The position numbers were made by a program, and so were the translations under genes. Shown piece after piece: positions 30,089-38,744 of a DNA stretch of 64,000 nucleotides. This DNA comes from a virus, in IMG/VR virus record IMGVR_UViG_3300018475_000123; one strand, written 5' to 3'. How positions within the stretch are numbered: the stretch's first letter is position 1; every line of letters begins with the position of its first letter. The notes below the pieces were generated by a model. The model was not told the origin of the DNA, searched no databases, and worked only from the letters and a program-made list of their open reading frames with translations.

Positions 30089-31073
30089 CCTTTTTCATGT
30101 CGGGAGCAACGGGAAGAGAGGTGTTGTTTTTGGCGTAGGCCAAGCGTTTCTCGTATTCAGAAACCATTTCAAAGAACTCCGGTTTGTAAGTTCCGTCTTC
30201 GTTCTGATACTTACCATTCCGAATTTCCAGAAGCATCTCTCTGTCGCTTTCTCTGTATGTCCTGATTTCTTCCTTTTCCAGAATATCAAGGCACATCAGA
30301 TACAGGCGGATCAGGTGCATGGCGTGCTTGTTGAGATGGTTGTCGTCTTTCTTGTGGTTCCGATGATTCAGCTTTTCATAGTTGCCAATCACATTTGACA
30401 AGGTGTTCATCATAATGCTGAACTCTCTTGCCGGATATTTGTCGAGGTGGATGTTGCAGTAAACCTCACGGTCGAGGTCATCTCGTGGACTTTCGTCCGT
30501 AAACAAAGTGATGCCGCCGTTATCGAACACAGTGTATCTGTCACCAAAAGCCTTGAGCGCACGCTCCATGGCCTTTCGGATGTGTTCTTCATTGTCTGCC
30601 TGGGACATCCTATCTCTGGCGAGAGCATTTTCCAGACGGCGAAGCTGTTGTGTTGCGTATCCACCAAATGAGTTGACTGCTTTCTGAGAAAGAAAGAGAT
30701 GCCGATTATCGATCATCTCCTGACCAGCCTCAGACACGAAGAAGTAGTGTTCGGGCTTACAGCCGAGCAGCTCAATCGTGTTAGGATTGCAGTTGAGCAG
30801 GAGACTTACCAACTTGTTGAAGCCGTAAATCGTTGTATCGGTCTGGGTGTTTACTACCTGCTCGAAATTGGAAAGGCCAAGCAGATCGCTTTTGCTGTTC
30901 ATGGCACAACCACGGACATCTACATCAGAAGTCTCAATGTTTGTACCGTATGCGTAGCTGCCACCAAGCGTCAGGAACATGATGCGCCCCGACAAATGTG
31001 GGTTTGTCCTCAGAAAATCATACGATTCTCCGCTAACCATTTCTTTGATCTGTTCGATGGTCAAGCGATCCAC
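30042..31073 (-). CDS. Pol-beta-superfamily nucleotidyltransferase of unknown specificity
   Basis: LTLGGSYAYGTNIETSDVDVRG matches the GS-x9-13-DxD NTase signature. 343 aa with a helical C-terminal half. Confidence 0.5.
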   Translation of the reverse strand: MDRLTIEQIKEMVSGESYDFLRTNPHLSGRIMFLTLGGSYAYGTNIETSDVDVRGCAMNSKSDLLGLSNFEQVVNTQTDTTIYGFNKLVSLLLNCNPNTIELLGCKPEHYFFVSEAGQEMIDNRHLFLSQKAVNSFGGYATQQLRRLENALARDRMSQADNEEHIRKAMERALKAFGDRYTVFDNGGITLFTDESPRDDLDREVYCNIHLDKYPAREFSIMMNTLSNVIGNYEKLNHRNHKKDDNHLNKHAMHLIRLYLMCLDILEKEEIRTYRESDREMLLEIRNGKYQNEDGTYKPEFFEMVSEYEKRLAYAKNNTSLPVAPDMKKVEEFIVSINRRAIDV

Positions 31074-31080
31074 CTCCTGT

Positions 31081-31588
31081 AATTCTTAAAATGTTGTATA
31101 AGTGACTCCACTCCCGGCCTCACCACACACCTTTACGCTGTGCCATATTACCACCACAGCATGACCTCTTGTGCCATGCCAGTAGTCCTTTCAGCCTTTC
31201 TATCGGGGAGCAGGGGGGTTAGTGTTTCCCGTCTTAGCTTACCAAGGTATTTCGGTGTACCGATATATACACCCGTTGCACCTCTCCCAGCCTCCGCAGA
31301 GAACTGGGCCGTTACCATCTGTGTGCGGCCATGGCCTGTGCGCAGCTTCCGCACTCCATCAGTGGTACAACGCCACCTAACCGCTCTTTTCTTTAACGCC
31401 CGGTCACATCATTTGAGTTTTGGTTTCTTGTTTACCGCCGTGTTTCCCTCACGGCATCATGCACCCGGTCAGTTTTTATTTTATGGACGAGTCAGAACCG
31501 TCACTCGTCCCGATGTGCCACCTTGGAATCCGACCGCCACTCACAGCCGTGATATGTTATCTCAATCGGGCCAAACATATAGACACGA
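31081..31588. other. about 510-bp GC-rich non-coding gap with multiple stem-loops; candidate structured RNA
   Basis: Only low-complexity, implausible ORFs are present. It contains nested inverted repeats, for example gacgagtgacggttctgactcgtc. Confidence 0.3.
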
Positions 31589-32092
31589 TTAGTGCTTGCT
31601 GATAACCCGCTTGAACTTCAGCTCGCTGTTTTCGATATACTCGTCAATCAAACGGCTCTGTTCCTTGGTTTCCGCATACGCAGTAATCGTGATTGTTTTC
31701 TTACTCCAATCCAGTGTGTAGGTATCAGCCGCCACATTGGTTACATGATGCTTTGCCAGAAAATCTCGGAGTTTCTTCATTGCCTGCAAGTCATCTGACA
31801 TAATCACATTCACATAGGTTTTCTCTTTAGAGAACTTGTTGCTTACTGCAACTGCCAGACAGCATCCAACGCCACTGGCAATCGACACAACGATCAGTGC
31901 AAAACTGTTATCGGTTGTGACAATGTTTTTCGTGATGCAAAGGTACAGGAAATTGGATAATCCCAACGCCAGTCCGGCCAGAATACAGCGATTGCGCTGA
32001 ACCAGAATCGTCTTGGCAGTACCCAACATATTGTCGATTACCTTTGCAACGAACAGGATTGTAAAGTAAATCCACCCAGTCAAAAATATCAC
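31589..32092 (-). CDS. membrane protein, DUF2179/UPF0316-like
   Basis: Two or three N-terminal TM helices plus a soluble C-terminal domain; the family call is from memory. Confidence 0.35.
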   Translation of the reverse strand: MIFLTGWIYFTILFVAKVIDNMLGTAKTILVQRNRCILAGLALGLSNFLYLCITKNIVTTDNSFALIVVSIASGVGCCLAVAVSNKFSKEKTYVNVIMSDDLQAMKKLRDFLAKHHVTNVAADTYTLDWSKKTITITAYAETKEQSRLIDEYIENSELKFKRVISKH

Positions 32093-32424
32093 TCCTAACT
32101 CTTATCTCTCACTCTTTTGACCAGGATTAGCATTGTAATGCTGGCATCAAGTGCGCTTATATCTCTTGTGTCACAATGGCTGGGAAGAAACCCAGATTTC
32201 AAACAGAAAATTTCCACGGTGGCATATCGCCTTGTTTACCCCATGGGCAACGATCTTAGCCGTCACTTGTCTGGTCACGCAGTAAGGTCGCTTCGACAGG
32301 CACCAGACTATTTTCCCCTTACCCGGATACCGATATCACCTAAGTCGGAAGGGTGTGTAATAGGTTCTTTTGTTAGAGGTGCGCCACAAGCCGTACACAC
32401 TCAGCTCCCTATGAAACATTCGTT

Positions 32425-33516
32425 TTATTCGTCGTTTGCCAGCAGGAAATCGGGGTTGATGACCTTGAAACTGATGTCGGGGTCATAACTCCGCATAACC
32501 ACGCCTTCTCGCTTCTGTCCGGCGAGCAGAGTGGAAGTACCCTTGGCATACTCCACCAGGTCAGCAATGGTCTCGGGCAGAACTTTACCCTCCTCCAGAA
32601 CGGGAACCGCCTTGATGCTAAATGGATGCAGCAGTCGTGCAATTTCTCTGGTATCGCACTTGCGGTCAGGGAAAATCAGGTTAAATGCGTAGAAATCGTA
32701 GCTATTAACCCGATATTTGTTCTTTTGGATGCCGGGGCCGATGATTTCTCCCTGCAAAACGATGCGGTCATGGTCACCAATGAGCTGCATCAGCACAGAC
32801 TTAATGTCGTACTTGGCAGCGATTGACCAGTAAGAACTGTTGTCGGGCTTACCCAAACGAATGTTTCGGGAGCATACGCCGAACTCATATTTCTTACGAC
32901 CGACTTTTTCCAGGAAGTATGTAGCGGACTGACCGTCGATCTTCTCCGTAACCATGAAACGAGTACCGTTCTTTTTCTCGTTCTCGAACATGGTAGTCTT
33001 GTTCTGGATGCGTTCCTCGTCAGTCTTGACGATCCATGCAGGGAAGCCTTTCTTCTTGGGCTTCGGGCCGAAACACTTACGGAACCAACGGAACCTCATC
33101 ATGAACTGGAACAGCTTGCCGTACTGTTTCACACGGCTGTCATCTGCACAGGCCAGAAGCTGACGCTCCTGCTCAGCCTGCGGGTCATATTTCTTGATGC
33201 CCAGGATTTCCGTTACATCCATATCCAGCGCATAGGTGCCGGGAGGAAGGATGCTCATGGGGAGAACCAGACCCTGGGAGACCTGTTTGCGGAGCTTGAT
33301 GGTACGAACACGGAACTTTCTATCCCGCAGGAACTCAAACTCTGGTCGGTCAGGCACGATGGAATCCACTTCGATGTAGACAATGTGCTGGCCAACTGCA
33401 AATTCGCCTTTCTGGACAACGCACTCCCAGCCATCAACCTGTGCAACCTCGATCCGGTCTGCACCAGGGATGGGGCGAATATCTGAGATAGTGCGGATGG
33501 TTGCTAACCTTCGCAT
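32425..33516 (-). CDS. ATP-dependent RNA ligase (DraRnl/Rnl5-like: N-terminal OB-like domain plus nucleotidyltransferase)
   Basis: KxDG motif I in TEKIDGQSATYF, with downstream motifs (GEIIGPGIQ, EGVVMR). N-terminal RIEVAQVDGWECVVQKGEFAVGQHIVYIEVDS resembles the DraRnl N-domain. Confidence 0.6.
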   Translation of the reverse strand: MRRLATIRTISDIRPIPGADRIEVAQVDGWECVVQKGEFAVGQHIVYIEVDSIVPDRPEFEFLRDRKFRVRTIKLRKQVSQGLVLPMSILPPGTYALDMDVTEILGIKKYDPQAEQERQLLACADDSRVKQYGKLFQFMMRFRWFRKCFGPKPKKKGFPAWIVKTDEERIQNKTTMFENEKKNGTRFMVTEKIDGQSATYFLEKVGRKKYEFGVCSRNIRLGKPDNSSYWSIAAKYDIKSVLMQLIGDHDRIVLQGEIIGPGIQKNKYRVNSYDFYAFNLIFPDRKCDTREIARLLHPFSIKAVPVLEEGKVLPETIADLVEYAKGTSTLLAGQKREGVVMRSYDPDISFKVINPDFLLANDE

Positions 33517-33535
33517 TGGTTATCCTCCGTTGCAT

Positions 33536-33805
33536 TTAATAATTTTCTTCTATTTCCCAGAACACATATAGGAGTACGGCAGTGAGAATAGAAAACAGGA
33601 TTACGCACGGAATCAGTTGGAGCAATACAACCGCTCCATGAACAAGAGCCCTAACGAGAATTACGAAAAACCAAAGAATACAACCAAGCTCTCCGCCAAA
33701 CACCACGATTGCAGCGAAAATCAGGAGAGCAATGTATGGGATGTCATTTAGTTTCGGCCCATCTTCAACCATGCGTTCAACCCGATCTTTTAAGGATTGG
33801 ATCAT
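33536..33805 (-). CDS. small membrane protein
   Basis: 89 aa with two predicted TM helices. Confidence 0.3.
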   Translation of the reverse strand: MIQSLKDRVERMVEDGPKLNDIPYIALLIFAAIVVFGGELGCILWFFVILVRALVHGAVVLLQLIPCVILFSILTAVLLYVFWEIEENY

Positions 33806-33819
33806 TGTGGCATTAACAC

Positions 33820-34140
33820 CTACCGTTCAAACATAATGCAATCCCGGATGAGGCGTTCTCGCAGCAAATCATCTTCCATATCCGCAAAATCAATCCAGTG
33901 GAACTGGTCTGTGATATCACCGGAAATATCGAAAACTCGATTACCGATTTTGGTGGCGAAATGGTTGGCGACTTCGTCATACACCACGGTCGGATGGTAT
34001 CGCTCAAACCTCGTGAAGAGGATAAGCGCAAACCAGTAGCAGCATCCACAGGTGAACGCTGTCACAACCTGGTCGAACTTCCCGTTCAGAGTAAAACGGC
34101 TTGTAAAACTCTGAACTTCTTTGTTAATCATTTCTTGCAT
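33820..34140 (-). CDS. hypothetical protein
   Basis: 106-aa ORF. Confidence 0.3.
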   Translation of the reverse strand: MQEMINKEVQSFTSRFTLNGKFDQVVTAFTCGCCYWFALILFTRFERYHPTVVYDEVANHFATKIGNRVFDISGDITDQFHWIDFADMEDDLLRERLIRDCIMFER

Positions 34141-34201
34141 TGAAAATCACCCGGAAAATGAAAAGCCCATGGATGCGAGACCCATGGGCTTGATCGGTTA
34201 T

Positions 34202-35095
34202 TTAGTTCACGCCGTCAATACTGACGATAGCGCCAGCACCGGAGACGGTGGGCATCTTACCATCCCACTGCTCGTACTTGATCTTCTCAATCAGTTCTGC
34301 GGTCAGGGAGGCAGCGATCTTTCTGTTTGCATCAGCCTCTGCTTCGGCGGCAATGCGGATGACCTCGGCCTCGGCATTGGCTTCGATGATTGCCTTTTCA
34401 GCCGCAATCTGTGCGACCTCTTTTTCCTTATTGGCATTCACTTTGGCAGTCTGCGCTTCAATATTGGCCAACTCCAGCTCCTGCTGTGCAGTAACTTTCT
34501 TCTGGATGGCTGCCGCTGTCTCTGCATCCACGGAGATGTCCGTGAAGTTCACGGTATCAATGATGATACCGTACTGGTCGAATTTTTCACGCAGGTATGT
34601 ATCCAGTTCAGCATTGATCTGAGTACGCTTGTCACCAAAGATGTCTGTGACAGGATAGTTTGCGGAAACTTCCTGTGTCCATGCGATAATCTTGGGCTTA
34701 ATAAATGTGTCTTTGATGCTCTCACCAGATTTACCCTTGAACATTACGAAAGTATCAGCAACTCTTGCCTCGTCAAAACGGTAGGAGAACTCCAAATTGA
34801 CACGAACCGTTTTACCATCGGAAGTGGGGATGCTGAAACTCTCATCCTTGGGAGAGTCACCCTTTTCCTCGGCAGTCAGGTAGGACTGCTCAATACCAAT
34901 GGAGTATGTAGTGACCTTTTTGGTGGGAGACACCAGATGCCAGCCCTGAGTCAGAACTTCACCATCCACGCCGCCGTTCATGTTGTACACAACGCCGACA
35001 TAACCGGCAGGCACCTTTTCCAGACAGATGACCGCACCGGCCAGACCCAGCACCAGACACAGTGCCAGAATTACTGCACCAATTTTACCCTTCAT
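34202..35095 (-). CDS. SPFH/band-7 (HflK/C-like) membrane protein
   Basis: N-terminal TM segment, SPFH core and a long Ala/Glu-rich coiled coil. Start trimmed to MKGKIGAVILAL. Confidence 0.65.
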   Translation of the reverse strand: MKGKIGAVILALCLVLGLAGAVICLEKVPAGYVGVVYNMNGGVDGEVLTQGWHLVSPTKKVTTYSIGIEQSYLTAEEKGDSPKDESFSIPTSDGKTVRVNLEFSYRFDEARVADTFVMFKGKSGESIKDTFIKPKIIAWTQEVSANYPVTDIFGDKRTQINAELDTYLREKFDQYGIIIDTVNFTDISVDAETAAAIQKKVTAQQELELANIEAQTAKVNANKEKEVAQIAAEKAIIEANAEAEVIRIAAEAEADANRKIAASLTAELIEKIKYEQWDGKMPTVSGAGAIVSIDGVN

Positions 35096-35273
35096 TCGTT
35101 GATTCCTTTCTTTCCTCGCTTGATTTTGCGGGTTCATCTCCCGCAATTTCCTTTTTTGCATCGTTGAACAGGCGCAGACCGATACCGCCGATGCCCTTAA
35201 AGGCAAAGCTCAGGCAGAACCAGATAAGTACCAGTGCAGCGATGACCAGAAACCAGAAAACTACATTCATCAC
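35085..35273 (-). CDS. small membrane protein paired with the SPFH gene (NfeD-like partner?)
   Basis: 62 aa with a TM helix, immediately upstream of the SPFH gene. Confidence 0.3.
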   Translation of the reverse strand: MMNVVFWFLVIAALVLIWFCLSFAFKGIGGIGLRLFNDAKKEIAGDEPAKSSEERKESTNEG

Positions 35274-35284
35274 ACCACCCCGAT

Positions 35285-35737
35285 TTAGATTTTATATAAG
35301 GTAAGATGATGCTCACGAAAAACATCCGTCAGCATATCCAGAACCTTTCCCCAATCGCCACCACCGAGGCCGCAACCAATTCTGTAAGGCATGGCAATCG
35401 TGTTGCCCGCCTTGACATTGGCCGCAATCTCTCTGCAACCACAGCGCAAAGCCTCGAAGTTGGTGTACTTCTTGCCATCCCGGCCAAACTGGAACTGACC
35501 AAAAATGTTGATGATGGCAGTGTTCTCATTTACACGAACGCCCTGAATCTGCCCAAGCAGAGCTTCTCGGTTGTTCGCATGGTCATCACAGACCTTTTTG
35601 TATTTGTCAAACACCTCTGGCCATTTGGCACGAATCTGCTTGGCAACACCACTGCCCATGACTCCCTGGCAGTTGACCTGGTGGCATATGTATTGTGCAG
35701 AAGACTCCATCAAGTCCCCGTTAATAATCCGAATCAT
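35285..35737 (-). CDS. macro-domain protein (ADP-ribose binding/processing)
   Basis: IINGDLMESSAQYICHQVNCQGVMGSGVAKQI matches the macro-domain N-terminal signature (GDIt...ai.n.aN..g.mG.GvA). Confidence 0.7.
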   Translation of the reverse strand: MIRIINGDLMESSAQYICHQVNCQGVMGSGVAKQIRAKWPEVFDKYKKVCDDHANNREALLGQIQGVRVNENTAIINIFGQFQFGRDGKKYTNFEALRCGCREIAANVKAGNTIAMPYRIGCGLGGGDWGKVLDMLTDVFREHHLTLYKI

Positions 35738-35957
35738 CAGTGATTCCCTCCTCCGATAAGAGCCACTCTTTTTGGTGATCTACGGCATCTTCATAACCGT
35801 AATAAGTGTGGCCGTCAGTCGTGCGGTAGTATGTTGTCTCTCCACACTCGCACCATTCGCCGTCATACCCCTCGTCGTATTCGCGCTCAGCATACTCACT
35901 GACGAGAAGTTCAGCGAGGCGTTCAATGTCCTGCAACAGCCGTTCAAGGTTTGTCAT
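35721..35957 (-). CDS. hypothetical acidic protein
   Basis: 78 aa. Confidence 0.25.
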   Translation of the reverse strand: MTNLERLLQDIERLAELLVSEYAEREYDEGYDGEWCECGETTYYRTTDGHTYYGYEDAVDHQKEWLLSEEGITDDSDY

Positions 35958-36370
35958 GACGCATCCTCCGTTAAAACTCTCGGGTGATAAACTCTGTTCT
36001 CCATGCGTTCCTCAGCTTTTCTTGTTCTGCCGAGGGCTTCACGCAGAAGGTTCATCATGTTCTTGCCCTTATCGCTGTCCAGGAACTGAACGAGTGGCTC
36101 CAAAATTTCGGCGGTGTCTTTGTGCTCTCGGCGGAGTTGTCTGCACTGCATTAGCTTCGTGGCGACCTTGGCACGCTCTGCATAGTCGAGTTCGTCCAGT
36201 TCCAGCTTGTGCAGGTAATCCTGTGTGAGCCGATCCATTCGGTTGACTTCCTCACGACTCCAGGTGTAATCCTTGACCGCATCTTCCATCATCCTGCAGA
36301 CGCCGCTGATGTACGGAGAGAACTGGGGCGTTTCCTTCTTTTTCTTCTTAGCGATAAGGAACACCTCCAA
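35954..36370 (-). CDS. hypothetical protein
   Basis: 138 aa. Confidence 0.3.
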   Translation of the reverse strand: MEVFLIAKKKKKETPQFSPYISGVCRMMEDAVKDYTWSREEVNRMDRLTQDYLHKLELDELDYAERAKVATKLMQCRQLRREHKDTAEILEPLVQFLDSDKGKNMMNLLREALGRTRKAEERMENRVYHPRVLTEDAS

Positions 36371-36605
36371 GTAAGAGCAACTCGATTATTTCATCCGTGT
36401 CTGCCACATCGAAATCAGGAGCCTCGTCAAGCTCTATCCACTCAGCAGCACTTGGCTTGATGAGCAGGGCTTTGTTTGCCAATTCCACGAAGTAGATCAC
36501 ATTTCCAACGATTTCTCTAATCGTAAAAATCCCTGTCTCGCCGAACCCCTCGAAGCGGATCATCTCTCCGGGCGCCATTTCAAGTATTCTTCTGAAAGAC
36601 ATGAC
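36348..36605 (-). CDS. hypothetical protein (start trimmed to avoid overlap with the ligase)
   Basis: Internal MSFRRILEMAPGE start. Confidence 0.25.
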   Translation of the reverse strand, partial: VMSFRRILEMAPGEMIRFEGFGETGIFTIREIVGNVIYFVELANKALLIKPSAAEWIELDEAPDFDVADTDEIIELLLLGGVPYR

Positions 36606-36612
36606 GCCTCCT

Positions 36613-37908
36613 TTATCCGTAGCTAATATCATCTTTGTCGGTTCGCAGGGAAACAAAAACAGGAAACTGCAAACTGCGGTTCCCTGTGGACTTATCAAAC
36701 GATATTTCCTTGTATTTCACTTCGGCAAGAACGCCGGTGACCTCTTCCTGGTGCGACCAGAACCACGCTCTCTGTTCATCCGTAAACCCGGAGCCAACTC
36801 CTACTTCAACGCCGTCGTAATCGACTACGATAGCGCCGAGAGTATTGGACAACTTACCCGTTCCGGCCTCACATCGAATGATGGGCAAGTCCATGGTGTA
36901 AAACCGCTTCACTTTTAGGATACCGCCGTGCCGTTTGCACTGGTAAGGAACATCAAGATTGACCATCAATCCCTCTTTGTCTTCGTTTACCATGCGTTCC
37001 AAAAGTGGAGCGATTACAGATTGATCTGTTCCGCAATACAATGCAGGAAGCACACGAACATGGTCGTTTCCTTGCAGTTCAGAAGCAAGGCGATCCAACT
37101 GCTCTCGCCGTTCACTGTATGTTGCGGAGCTTACGCCACGATCAAACTCATAAACGGGTAAAACATCAAAAACCGTGAAGCAAACCTGTGTTTTATCATC
37201 GTTTTCAGAGTTGACAATTCCCGTGGTTATGCGGAATGCTTCATTATCGGAGTGGCCACCTTTGTGCTTTAAGGTCAGCTCTCCATCAAAAACCAACTCT
37301 GAGTAAGGTTCAAGCACATTTACAATGTGATCGAGGCCATTCAGCACAGTTCCACTGCGACCACGCAATTCTCCACGGTAAAGTGTAGCCCGAACTCCAT
37401 TCAGCTTCTCAGAAACCGAGAACCATACCCCATCTTTCAGCGGATGCTTTTCAATAGGATATGCCTGCTGAACCTCCCACTCAGGGATAAGACCAGGAAT
37501 GGCTTTGTTTACGCTCTTAGCAGTGACACCAAGCCGCAGGGTCTTGGCGAGAAGTTTCTTGAACATCTCACGATACCCCTCGTCTTGTGTCTCCAGAAAA
37601 GCAAGGACTTGATACACAGTCGCATCGTCCAGAGCTTTTCTTTTGCTGAGCGTTTCACACACCTCAAAGATTGAAGTAAATGTGAGAGTGATTGCTGGAT
37701 TATACACGCATCTTTGGAACAGTGTTGCTTCCGACACCTTATAGGAAAGCAGCGGATGACAGGCGTAGTAAAGCAACTGCCTAAAAATACTGTCATCCTT
37801 GTTCTGAGCCATGATTGACAGCTTTTCCTTTGATCCGCGTGCTTCTTGCAGTCTCTTCATTTCAGCTACTGCATTATGCAAATCGCCCATTGTTGCTCCC
37901 GCCTCCAT
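36613..37908 (-). CDS. ATP-dependent DNA ligase (T7-like) with variant motif I KLNG
   Basis: Motif I SEKLNGVRAT (Asn in place of the usual Asp). Motif III LVFDGELTL, motif IV KEGLMVNLD, motif V GILKVKRF. C-terminal OB-fold region. Confidence 0.6.
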   Translation of the reverse strand: MEAGATMGDLHNAVAEMKRLQEARGSKEKLSIMAQNKDDSIFRQLLYYACHPLLSYKVSEATLFQRCVYNPAITLTFTSIFEVCETLSKRKALDDATVYQVLAFLETQDEGYREMFKKLLAKTLRLGVTAKSVNKAIPGLIPEWEVQQAYPIEKHPLKDGVWFSVSEKLNGVRATLYRGELRGRSGTVLNGLDHIVNVLEPYSELVFDGELTLKHKGGHSDNEAFRITTGIVNSENDDKTQVCFTVFDVLPVYEFDRGVSSATYSERREQLDRLASELQGNDHVRVLPALYCGTDQSVIAPLLERMVNEDKEGLMVNLDVPYQCKRHGGILKVKRFYTMDLPIIRCEAGTGKLSNTLGAIVVDYDGVEVGVGSGFTDEQRAWFWSHQEEVTGVLAEVKYKEISFDKSTGNRSLQFPVFVSLRTDKDDISYG

Positions 37909-37992
37909 TTCCGTCAGAGTAATAGAAATAGAACAAGAGCAACACAGCAGCGACCACAGGGATTACTACTGAATTGCTCATGTTTCACCGCC

Positions 37993-38733
37993 TTAAGGCT
38001 GGCTGCCGTATGCGGGCATAGGTTTCAGTTTGTGCAGATTCTTTCTGTGAAGACCCTCGATCAAACGCTCGTGTCTCTCAATGGCACAACATCCATCCAT
38101 GATGTATCTGTCGATTTCCTGATAGCTGACGCCGAGATTGTCCTCGTCTGTCTTGCCGCACAGGCCATCGGAAGGAACCTTATCAACCAGGTCTCTGGGA
38201 ATGGGAAGCTCATGGCCGATTTCCAAAACCTCATGAACCATCAGATTGGAAAGTGGGCTGAAGTCACCAACACTGTCACCAAACTTTGTGGAATACCCTA
38301 CAAAGTCTTCGGAGCGGTTACAAGTATTGGCAACACGACCGCCCTCCGGCAGGGACTGAGCCACTGCATACAGAGTGGTCATGCGGATGCGGGGAGGAAT
38401 GTTGACAACCGTCTGCTCGCTTACCTGCATAATACCGCTCAGCTCTTCCATCAGAGCAAAGACGGTGCTTTCAATGTTGACCACTTTGTAGTTGATACCG
38501 AGAGCTTCAACGAGGCGATGGCTATCATGAATATCAGACTGTTCACCGTTCGGCATCAGAACACCCACAACACGATCCTTGCCAAGCGCTTCGACACACA
38601 GAGCAGCCACAACACTTGAGTCTTTGCCGCCGGAGATACCGACAACAGCAGAGCAGTTCGGCCCGTTTTCGGCAAAGTAGTCTCTGATCCACTGAACGAT
38701 TTCATCTTTCGTTCTCTTAGGGTTTGCAAGCAT
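37993..38733 (-). CDS. nadE: NH3-dependent NAD+ synthetase NadE
   Basis: PP-loop VVGISGGKDSSVVAAL; NadE-like length and layout. Confidence 0.8.
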   Translation of the reverse strand: MLANPKRTKDEIVQWIRDYFAENGPNCSAVVGISGGKDSSVVAALCVEALGKDRVVGVLMPNGEQSDIHDSHRLVEALGINYKVVNIESTVFALMEELSGIMQVSEQTVVNIPPRIRMTTLYAVAQSLPEGGRVANTCNRSEDFVGYSTKFGDSVGDFSPLSNLMVHEVLEIGHELPIPRDLVDKVPSDGLCGKTDEDNLGVSYQEIDRYIMDGCCAIERHERLIEGLHRKNLHKLKPMPAYGSQP

Positions 38734-38744
38734 AGCGACCCTCC

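Noticed and set aside
31081-31588. tmRNA or RNase P RNA in the 510-bp non-coding block
   Set aside because: None of the following could be found on either strand: a GGGG...CCACCA tRNA-like end pair, a tag-reading-frame pattern, or the RNase P conserved regions (GGAAAGUCCGGGCUCC, ACAGAAUCCGGCUUA).
31140-31592. 150-aa plus-strand ORF from the track
   Set aside because: It is a low-complexity Pro/Ser/Arg-rich translation on the strand opposite to all neighbouring genes, with no RBS. It is treated as non-coding.
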